DNA of 19,112 nt, taken from Vitrella brassicaformis CCMP3155. Its lineage: Eukaryota > Protista > Chromerida. The stretch lies in assembly GCA_001179505.1 (NCBI GenBank), contig CDMY01000801.1:1-19112 (forward strand), written 5' to 3'. Both the position numbers and the translations under genes were made by a program. The notes beneath the pieces were generated by a model that had not been told where the DNA came from, did no database searches, and was given only the letters and a program-made list of their open reading frames with translations. This document shows positions 1 through 9,400 of the stretch, one piece after another. Positions within the stretch are counted from its first letter, which is position 1; every line of letters begins with the position of its first letter.

Positions 1-1324
1 GACACATGTTCACTGTCCCATTCCTGATGTGTGTGTGTATGCAGCTGGAGCTGCGGAGGCAGTCGGTGGATCCCTTCATCTACCAGGTAAGGGCCACACG
101 CAGCATTAGATCCTCTCGCTATGTGCCTAACCGTGGCTGTCGTGCAGGCTGTCATGGCTTCCGCCCAGCAAGGCAGAAGCTTCAGAAACGTCGTTGAAGA
201 TATGATCGGGAGAGGGGCTGACGGTGTGCAGGTGAGAAAGACGCAAGGTACCTGCCGTGCACTGGCAACCTGAATGTGCCTTGCGCTGCCTCTGTTTACT
301 GCAGGCTGCTGCTGCTGCTGCTCGTGCCGGCCGTCCTCTTCAATTGCCGATCCCCCCGGTGAGACCAACTGTCTGCCCTCTCTCCGTATGTGTGTGTGTG
401 TCGATTGATGTGTGTGTCGATTGATGTGTGTGCCTCTTGGGACTTCGTTCTTCTCATCTCAGGCGCCCCGCCCCAAGCGACCCAACGGCACTGTCACCAG
501 TAGCGACCCTCAGGTACGACCTCTAGATGCACGTCACAAACGAAGAAGCAGCGCACTCATACAAAGACTCCTCACGCCCTGTTTCGTCTCTGCAGGACCG
601 CGCTGCCAAGTCGGCCAGACACCGTGGACGTGAGGATGGGCAGGACCAAGCCAACAATCATGCTCAGGTGAGCCACCTACACGAATGTTGGCGGGCTGGC
701 CGGCCAGATGACAGCGTCCTTGGCTGCACTCTGTCACCCCCTGTCACTGTCAGGTCGCAAGTGGGGCCAATGTCTGTCAGGTGCCCCTGCCGTCTGCACA
801 CAACCACACGCAGCGCCGGTGAGCCGGAAACAGCCACACACACACACCGCACCGAAACAGAAAGCTCTGTCTGCGCGTGTGCCTCTGTCTGCTCTCCATT
901 CAGGTTCCATCCGCTGCAGTCACACCCTCAAATCTTGCCGGCGATTTCCACGGGCGTGCCGGTGACTGCGGAGCTGATGCAGACAGCTGCTGCCGCCGTC
1001 GCTGCCGGGGGCGTACCAGTGGCCAGCCATGCACTTGCACACAACACCTTACAGGCAAGCCGTCAAGCGATGGTGTGTACGTCATGATGGTCATTGTGCG
1101 TGTGTGTTTCCTTCAGCCGTCGGGCGTGTACGCTTCATCGCCGCTGCCAGTGCCCCCCCCAGCCATCGACTATGGTGCTCCAATGGACTTGATGGAGCAG
1201 GCGAACGACGCCCAGCACTCGCCCACCAGTGAGGTACCATGCGACGGACCACATTCACACACAGCGGGCTCATCCATCTCCGCGATGGTCTGTTCAGGCT
1301 CTGGGCAGACGCACACCCATCCAC
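1..1324 (+). repeat. Left arm of a large inverted duplication (partner 15433-16728); probably continues beyond the left window edge
   Basis: Base 1 onward (gacacatgttcactgtcccattcctgat) is the reverse complement of 16701-16728. ORF pairs such as 877..1383(+)/15391..15879(-) and 708..965(+)/15791..16048(-) are nearly identical. Similarity ends near gcagacgcacacccatcca (about 1324 / 15433). Confidence 0.95.
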
Positions 1325-1435
1325 CATGCCTCCACCGCATCGGCCGGCCACGGTGGCATGAGGACCAATGCAGACCCTTCTAGCGATGGGAATAACGATG
1401 ACCCTTTTGTCGACGTCGACTCATTTTTGAACTAG
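45..1435 (+). CDS. 3' portion of a multi-exon hypothetical low-complexity protein gene (paralog A); 5' end lies left of the window
   Basis: Phase-consistent GT-AG exons read by hand: 45-86 (LELRRQSVDPFIYQ), 148-231 (AVMASAQQGRSFRNVVEDMIGRGADGVQ), 305-358, 463-513, 596-667, 754-818, from 904 (donor uncertain), about 1118-1232, and a last exon from about 1298 ending ...DDPFVDVDSFLN* at 1435. The same exons and splice sites recur in the inverted copy at 15433-16728. Confidence 0.7.
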
Positions 1436-1904
1436 CCAGGGGGGCTGGACGATATTAGGTGCTGGTGGGGGATGGGTGTGTTATGTCTCTGATGCATATG
1501 TGTCTTATTCACTGCCGCCGCTAATGGCACTACTACAGGGCAGTGGGTCGACTGGTGGCGGGTTCTTGATGACTGTGTGAGAGGGGCGTGGCGGAATGAC
1601 TGCCTTATGTGATCTGTGGAGCCTGCCTGGCTGACTGCCTTATGCAATGGTTAGGTGAGAGGTGGGCGGGTGCTAGATTGCCCATTGTGTCATTGTGGTT
1701 CGGGTGGGTCCTTGCTGGTGTCTGATGCTCCCGGTGCGATGGCTGATGTGTCGGACGTCACTCCATTCGTGTGCTCAGAGAGACAGACACTGAACGATCC
1801 ACTGACTCACTGCAGGTAGGCAGGCAGGAAGGTGAATAATGCATTGGTGTCTCGTCTTTGAAGGAAGAAATCGACAGAACGAATGTCTTCACTGCCTGCG
1901 TCGC

Positions 1905-2529
1905 TCACATGTCCTGGACCGACAGCACATTGACCTGCTCTGAGTTATAGACAACGATCTCGACACCCGACTTGTACCTATGCACAACCACACCATCATG
2001 CCCTTGAGCCGCCAGCGATGCGTACGTCTCATTGGGGGACAGTGCCTGCCAGACGTGCTTGGGGTTGCTCATGCGGATCTCTGCCTTCACCATGCAGCCC
2101 TTGTGGCGGGCCTTCCTCTCGGTCTCGTCAGGCCGAATGGCAAAGTAGATGCCGCGGCCAGCCGCCCCTGACGAGCTGGGCTGCATCACGCGCGTCTGTC
2201 TGATCTGGCGGCCGAACGCGGGAGAAGTCTGATGGTAGCCGATGCATCGGCCGCCGCTGAGGTGGGCTCTCAGGATTGGGCAGTTCTTGGCGCGATGGTC
2301 GCTGTCACCATTGCGGCAGACGCGGCAGTAGTGCTTGGCGTGGTTCTGAAGCGACAACACGGACATGGTAGACAGGTGGCGAGTGTGTGCATTGTTGCTG
2401 TGGCTGCATGTGTGCACACCTCCTTGCAACCAGCGGCCTGGGAGAGCCACGGACACATATACAGACATGTGACAGCATCTGTGTGTTGTGTGCTTGTCTT
2501 TCCGTCGCCCTCACCCTGCAGCGCGCCAT
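1905..2529 (-). CDS. ART1: 157-aa protein, Cys/His Zn module plus PARP/Gig2-like ADP-ribosyltransferase domain (H-Y-E type)
   Basis: Exons 2529-2515 (MARCR), 2437-2420 (AAGCKE) and 2345-1905, with canonical GT-AG introns in phase 0. Protein: MARCRAAGCKENHAKHYCRVCRNGDSDHRAKNCP...GYHQTS...GAAGRGIYFA...KARHKGCMVKAEI...QGHDGVVV...GVEIVVYNSEQV. The YHxT, GxGIYFA and E-x-V-V-Y motifs match the His, Tyr and Glu strands of diphtheria-toxin-like/PARP ARTs. Confidence 0.85.
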
Positions 2530-2548
2530 TGTCTTCAATCACACTTCG

Positions 2549-2613
2549 ACGGTTCCTTGTTTCGGTGGGAAACCTGCAAATTTACGGTTCGGGGGTGGGA
2601 AAACCTGCCCAAT
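2549..2613. promoter_or_regulatory. Candidate bidirectional promoter element: two imperfect tandem copies of ACGGTTC..GGTGGGAAA(A)CCTGC..AATT
   Basis: GGTGGGAAACCTGC at 2564-2577 and GGTGGGAAAACCTGC at 2594-2608, each preceded by ACGGTTC, within the 156-bp gap between the divergent ATGs at 2529 and 2686. Function is inferred from position only. Confidence 0.35.
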
Positions 2614-2685
2614 TCCTGTCCGATTCTCTTACCTGGGACGTCTCATTGCCGTCGCTCGCGTCTTGATTCTGTGCAACACGTTGCG

Positions 2686-3239
2686 ATGGGTCTCCACTGC
2701 AACGCACGTGGGTGCCACAACACCGGCTGGTGCAAACAGACAGGACGGCACTTCTGCAACATCTGCAAGAGTCGAAACTCGGACCACCGCCGTACGGGTA
2801 AGAGGGATCCAGCTAGAGGGACACACATCGCTGGGTGGCCATGCTCGCACATCTTGCCTTGGTGTCTGCATCAGAATGCCCGTTTTGGGTGACGGGTCAA
2901 GGCATGAGGACCCTGTATCACCAGACCGACGCCCCCTCAGCAGCGGCGATTGGGCAGTCGGGAGAGATGCTCCCGGGCTCCGGCGGCTCGCTCGGCGGAG
3001 CCAACTACTTTGCGCCCGACATCCCGACGACTGACCGCCTCGCACACCGTAAAGGCTATGTGGTGACGGCGCAAGTCTTCCTGGGGAAGCAGAAGATGAT
3101 CTCCTCGCAGCAGGCGACGCAGCACACCTTCGAGAGTCTGAGGAGGGAGGGATACGACTCGGTGTTTGTGCAAGACAGGAATGAATACGCGGTGTTCCAC
3201 AAGGACCATGTCAAGATCATGAGTGTCGCTAGGAGATAG
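2686..3239 (+). CDS. ART2: 158-aa protein, Cys/His Zn module plus PARP/Gig2-like ADP-ribosyltransferase domain (H-Y-E type)
   Basis: Exons 2686-2797 and 2875-3239; the intron gtaaga...catcag splits a GAA codon. Protein: MGLHCNARGCHNTGWCKQTGRHFCNICKSRNSDHRRTECP...LYHQTD...GGSLGGANYFA...LAHRKGYVVTAQVFLGK...EGYDSVFV..RNEYAVFHKDHV. Same Zn spacing and catalytic motifs as ART1. Confidence 0.85.
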
Positions 3240-4529
3240 ACAGACATCCTGTGGTGTGATGGCTGATCACAGTGCAGGCACGTTTCACCAGCTTATGCGT
3301 TTATGAGGTCGGACATGTTTGTCAAGAGTGTCTGACTTCGGACAGTTTTTGCTGTGTATGTGTGGTGGACATCCTTGTGTGTGTATCGTGCCTTCGAGGA
3401 ATGACAGCAACTGTGTAGTACATAAGGAACATGACACGCACAGACAGGAGAGCGCTGACGCCGGTCCACTTCACCCCATGGCGGGGGAGTGGAGCAACGA
3501 GAGGCCGCCACCGCACAGACACACACCCAAGGCTGTTCCTCGATCGCCGCCACACCGTCACGGACCCGTAGACGGACATGCAACGCACACATGCGTACGC
3601 AGACCTTCACCCACACAGCAGAACCGCCACTGCGATACGAACCGCCACCAGCCCCCCACAGACAGCCGACACAGACTCACACGGACAGACAGACAGACAG
3701 ACAGACAGCAACAGGCTGTTCTCGATGAAGTAGATGAGGGGTTCAGTAGACATCCAAACGCACTCTGACAATCCCTCACACGTCCACCGAGCCATCGCAA
3801 GGGGCTCAGTGCCATGCAGACAGGGGTCCTCTACAACTCACGGCAGACAGCGAGAGATGGACTGACTGCTTGGGAATGAAGAATCAGCCATCCATTACCA
3901 ACACGTCAGGACAATGATGATAAAGCGACGGTCACACGTATGAACCGCCGTTGGCAGCCATTGTAGTTACGTACAAAACAGAATACAAGAACCTCACATA
4001 TGTAAGGACCACACGTACAGGAAAGAAGGAAGGATCGCGCACACACCACCGATGGACACGCAAAAAGAGGCAGATCAACGGAAAGAAATTGCCACACGGA
4101 CGTTCCGATCTGTGTGGATTACGGAGTGTGCGCGAACCGTACGGATGTACGTGCATACATTCACCATTCCACCGCCGAGGTATGTATGGACATCATCACA
4201 CAGACGCTCATCCCATCCGTGTGAGACATAACTGTATGTCTGCACACCAACGGCAAAAAATGTATCTTCTCCTACAGACACATGCCTGCCTGCCTCACTG
4301 CAAGCGACGTCAGTCAAGAGGCCGCTTCTCTACCCCCTACACAGCCGACATGCACACGCATATTGATGCCATCCATATCTGTGTCTGTTAGCACAAAGTG
4401 CGAGTGTTGGTGTCTGTGTCTTAGTGTGCATGGTGTGCGTGTGAAATGGGCCTCATCAGCCGACGCACAGCAGCACACATCCAATCATCCACCCATGCAT
4501 GTACTCACCAAGCAACTGTCGGCATCTAT

Positions 4530-5880
4530 GCTGCGTATGTGTTCTTGTGTGCTACTGCATACAGCCTGAACACATACATACACCCACGAGGGCGATGGAT
4601 GCATTCCTCTGCCTCTTCCCGGCAGTTAGCTTGGTCCGCGGAGCAACGTCCTGTGTGTCGATGCTGGAGTTGTTGCCGACCTCTGTGCCGTTGCTGGCTG
4701 AAAGTGTACTTCCCGGCAGAGGCCGCCCGTGCCCCTGCCCGAAACGCCAATTTCAAGAAGCAGGAGGGGGAAGAATAGCGAGACCCCGATATTGCCACAT
4801 GTCGGTTCTCGAATGCGACTTGGGCGTCGGGTGGGCAGCACGCGTTGTGTAGAGAGGCGAGGGACTGCAAGATGGGAAGGACAGTGCTGTCGATGACGAA
4901 GAAGCGCATCGCCACTCTCAGCTGATTAAGGGACCGGCAGCACCCACGCGATGTGAGTGCAGCCTACACGGAGAAACACCACCACCAATGTGGTGAGCCG
5001 CGTCCAAATTTAGCCCGTCTTGCACGTGCATCTTTTTGATTACTTACCTGCAGTCTGTCGACCACTGCACGGCCGCGACCGGCAGCAGTGAAGCCCAGCT
5101 GGATGGTTGCGATACTCTGCAGACGTGCAAGTGGCTGCCCTGGGCACGCGCTCGAACATACCGACACACGCCTCACCCAGCAGCCGGTGACCGCCCACGT
5201 GCTGCAGCGACTGTGACGAGGCCCACCACTCCCACTTTCTCTGCTCCAGGCGCTCCAGTGATGGCATGCGCCACCCTCTGTTGGCAAGGCCGTGATGATT
5301 GCGAAGGAGGCCGGTGATGGTCGTGAGCGCATCGAGCGATGGGGGGGACGAGGGGCGCCAGATGGTGACGGCCGACGGCATCCCTCCAATGTGATGGTGT
5401 GCAGGGTGCCGTCCTGGATGTTGGCTGCTCTCCGGCCGGTAACATGACCCTCGATCGCGGTGATGAATACTTCAATGCACCACAGAGCCGCGCCCACGGG
5501 TAGCGGAGAGTGATTGTCGTCAGCCGGGTAAGTTTCTTCGACCATTCGATGAGAGAGAGAGAGAGAGAGAGAGAGGGACCCGCTGCCACACCGACTGCTC
5601 GTTCCTGTTCCTGCTGTTGATGGTGAGGTGGCTGTGTGTGGGTGCTGTTTGCTCCAAGGCCGTGATCGATAGCAGGGCGAGCAGATAGGCAGGAAAGCCG
5701 TGATGCAGTTGACAAGACCAGGCTGCACAAAGACAAAGACACACAGAGAGAGCGACAGTGAGTTTAAATGAGGTGCTTTATTCGCCGTGATTGTCTGCCT
5801 CAGTTCTTCCTTTCTCTTTGCGCGTCGGCCATCCTCATCTCTAGCGGCTGCCGCCCCACACACACACACAGGAGCGAACG
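4530..5880 (-). pseudogene. Degenerate multi-exon F-box/LRR-like gene with several apparent frameshifts
   Basis: Protein-like blocks fall in different frames with no intron between them: PGLVNCITAFLP then YLLALLSITALEQTAPTHSHLTIN; QDGTLHTITLEG then MPSAVTIW..SLDALTTITGL..GLANRGWRMPSLERLEQ..MFERVP then GQPLARLQSIATI..VVDRLQ; after a gtaagt intron at 5047, AALTSRGCCRSLNQLRVAMRFF...PDAQVAFE. The family assignment comes from recalled resemblance to an expanded chromerid family, not from a search. Confidence 0.5.
5551..5575. repeat. (GA)12 microsatellite
   Basis: gagagagagagagagagagagagag read directly; forms a (CT)n tract on the minus strand. Confidence 0.95.
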
Positions 5881-6275
5881 ATGCGCTGACACACAATGAG
5901 GCTGCCGGTGCGGCCTTGCTTGGCCTGACATCCCACGCACACGACGCAGAATTTGGAACGACGATAGCCTGTCATCCACTCATTCATGTAGCGCTGCAAA
6001 CTAGGGGGGCTGTCATCCTGTGGGTGGAGCGAGCCAGGGAGAGCGGTTTCGCGCTACCCTAGCGACAGCTAATCCCTATTGCCTCTTTTTTATCGGTTGA
6101 CTTACACGGAAGCATGGGCGACCAGCACGTCTGATCTAGAGTCGGTACGGATTTGCACACACGCAAAGGCACAAGCAATCGCAGAAACACATGCGCACCA
6201 TATGGACGACATGCATGATAGCAGCAGTCTGACATAAAGCAAACAGCCCATCAAACGCAATCGCACAAGCGACTA

Positions 6276-6425
6276 TCACATACCCTACCAAACCACCATG
6301 CAACCCAAGCTCGACCCATAACAGCAGACACGTCCCCAAAGCAATCCCTCACATACCCTACCAAACCACCATGCAACCCAAGCTCGATCCATAACAGCAG
6401 ACACGTCCCCAAAGCAATCCCTCAC
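6276..6425. repeat. Tandem duplication, 2 x 73 bp plus 4 bp, one mismatch
   Basis: tcacataccctaccaaaccaccatgcaacccaagctcga(c/t)ccataacagcagacacgtccccaaagcaatccc starts at 6276 and again at 6349; a partial tcac follows at 6422. Confidence 0.95.
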
Positions 6426-6492
6426 GGCCGGTCCTGACAGGCAAACGTGCGGGTTTGTGCCCTGTAGGGCCCTCGAGAGATGAGGTCCTCAG

Positions 6493-9400
6493 GAAACAGA
6501 CCCGCCCGCTGCTGTGTCCGAGCATCGGCCGCATGATGAGCGCGGCAGGACACTTGAAAGCATTCCAGCGCATCAGCGCGACCGACAAACACTGCCCCCA
6601 ATGGTTCTTCCCCGAGCTGTTCCTTCCTCCGGGATGGCACAGGTAGGAAGGTCAGGGGTTGCGTGGCTCAGGGACGCTTGGTAAGTTGCAAGTGACTGCG
6701 TGTGTTTGCTTCATTCAGCACGGCCAAGATCTGGTGGGTTTGGGTGTCCCTGATACGCCCAGCGACAATACCGATAGAGAGGGTCATCCACAAGTCGTAA
6801 GCCAAAGTGCCGGTACGTGAACGTCGAAGGCTTACTTCCTGTCTGCTTGCTGCTTCATTCAGGCCACAGGACAACGCGGGTCATCACGAGACCGGACAGA
6901 GTCGCTTCCGCCATCGGTGCCCACAATAAGGGCAACAAAACCACGGTCCTCACAGGTAGTCCGAATCGGGACGACGTTGCTGCACCATCCAGCCTTGTAT
7001 TTGTGTCTGTTTCAGGTAACCGCTGAGAAGGCAGGTGAGAAGGCAGGTGAGGTGACGATTGGCGAGCGGCTGCGGCTGGTGGACGAATTTATGCGACTCA
7101 AGCAGGACGGCTGTGATATCTCGATGCCTCAGTTCGCGACAATGAGAAAAATCGATCTGAGTCAATTCAGGAGCTGGTACTACGCCATCAAGAAGCAGCG
7201 AGAGGCGGGCAAGCTGGTGACTGACCTGACCAGGAAGCGCAACAGGCAGCCCAAGTATCTCGAGATCGATAACGAGATGCTACAGTGGATGGCCAAGCAA
7301 GAGGACCCCGCGACCGTTCCTCCAGCGGACATCAGGGCCGAATCGCTTGAAGTCGCCAAGCGTCTGGGCATAGAGGTTGGCGGCAATGGCTTCTCGGCAA
7401 GCGACTCATGGATCAAGGGCTTTCAGAAACGATGCCAGCAGGTGGGACGGACAACGGACACAGCAACCTCACCTTGCATGGGTTCATTGCTGCCTTTGTG
7501 CTTCATCCAGTCTTTCGGGCTCAATGGACAGACCGCAGCTGCAGCAGCCGCCGCCCAGGCTGACAAATGCACCGGCGAAAGGACGGTAAGGAATAGCCGT
7601 GAATCTCGTCAATGTGTCTCTGCGGCGACGAACATATCCGTTGTGCAGTCGAAAGATGAGGAGGACACGGAAGATTCAACCCATGGCAATCCTCTGCCCG
7701 AGGTAGCTGAAGAGACTAACCAACCCCACTCGTCGATTTTGCTCTTGTATCTGAGTGCATGTTTATGTTGTATGCAGGGATGTGGTCCATGTCCTTTATC
7801 TGCGGCCCCCTTCCCAGCGTGCGGCCCCCCACCGCTCATTGCTGGCTCATCGGCGCCGGCGAGTGCAACAGAGCAGCAGATTCATTCGCCCCACCGCCAT
7901 CTGCCAGCGGACCCGCAATCGACGCTGCTGACCCCGTCACTCGGCTCACAACAATCAGATCCGCTGGAGGGGGCAGTCGTGCAGCAGGCATCAGCATCAG
8001 CATCAGCACCAGCGACAGCGGCAGGAGTGCGCTCAGATCTTAATGGTCTGAGCGAACAGGTACACAGCACCGCCAGCAAACAGCGACAGTCTGAAGCAAA
8101 GAAGGATATGACCCGCTGTGCCTCTTGCATCCATATATTTGCCTGTCCCGCAGGACCAGGTGCGTGACGAGAAGAGATCACATGTCGCTGCAGCCGCGGC
8201 AGCTGCCCACAGTGCCAACTGCGATGAGAATCCTCCCCCAAACACGCAGACGCCCACCCCCTCCACGCGAGAAGGAGGTCGGCTGTCGGATTCGATCGCA
8301 CACGTGGCAGGCAATGGCGTTGTAGTGACGGGTACCCCCGTGCCGTCTCCTCCTGTCCAGGTGAGATGTGTGTGCACGGGTATTGTAGCGGCCGACTGGA
8401 TACTATATTCTTTTGCGCATGTAGGTTCGTGAGGGAAATGGCGCCGCTGGGCTTGCACGTGAAAGGCCCCCCCAGACAGGTAATCGGATGTACGAATCGG
8501 CCTCCGATCCTTTACTCATCGCGTCTGTGCGCTTTCTGCCACCACTGCACACTCTGACGGGATTCCAGTCTCCCCTAACGAGCAGACGCACGATATCGAT
8601 CGGTCCAATGAGCCTGACAAGCGGCGTGCGTCGTCGACCAGCAGAGAGGTACGCACATGCAAGGCCATCAACAGGCGATTCCACTGATGAGGGTCTTCGT
8701 CTGCTCGTCAGCCGGCCGCTAGCGCTGCGTACACCCGAGATGTGCAGATGGGCGGAGAAGACGGTGCAGGCAGGCAATCGCAGTGCTCAGAAGGCAACAA
8801 TATGGACGTAAGATGATGGACAGAACGACTCTTTAGGGGACGAGAAGCCCAGTGCTGCTGTCATTTGTTCATTCAGGTAGAGAAACACGGACCTGATCGA
8901 GAGGAGAAGCGCGGCGCTCTTGTGCGTCCCAAACGGCCTCCACCGTCGTCCAGAAGCGGCTCAAGCAGCAAAGGAGCAAGCACAAACATTGACGTAAGTG
9001 GCTGAGGAAGCAGAAGTGTTGACCCACATTCTGATGTTTCCTTTCCGCTTCAGCCGCGCCCTTCTCAAGTGGATGCGGACACCGGCCGTCGCCAGCAGCC
9101 ACCGAAGAAGAAACTGGACACTGGCAATCAACTCGCAAGTGCCCCATCGGTCAGAGAGAAGTAAACACCTTACCTGCGTGTGTCATATCGTCGCCATTTC
9201 TTGTCGTGCCGATGGGATCGCAGAACTCGAATTACGACTCGAGGAGACAGCCGACACCGACTGGTTTCACCCTGGTAGAACTCAGAATGGCCTGTCACAG
9301 AGCGAGTGCCCGATACTTCTTCTCCTTTTGCCTGTATGTTACAGGTGGCTCAGGGTCTTCGTCAGACTGGTCAAGGTCTTCTGAAGGTGGCCCATGATCT

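Noticed and set aside
2280-2330. Zinc knuckle as a retrotransposon Gag remnant
   Set aside because: The spacing is x6 rather than x4, it is fused to ART domains in spliced genes, and no RT, protease, integrase or LTR is present.
3293-4500. Several 60-150 aa ORFs on both strands
   Set aside because: They are dominated by (CA)n/(GACA)n-derived T/H/D/R/V/C runs; I could not build a coherent exon chain or find a motif.
6276-6425. 73-bp repeat as a CRISPR array or coding repeat
   Set aside because: Only two directly adjacent copies, no spacers, no cas genes, eukaryotic context; the unit length is not divisible by 3.
8869-9180. Minus-strand gene suggested by ORF 8869..9147 and a gtaag donor near 9171
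   Set aside because: The + strand gives a continuous phase-matched exon chain with strong donors through this region; the minus reading terminates quickly.
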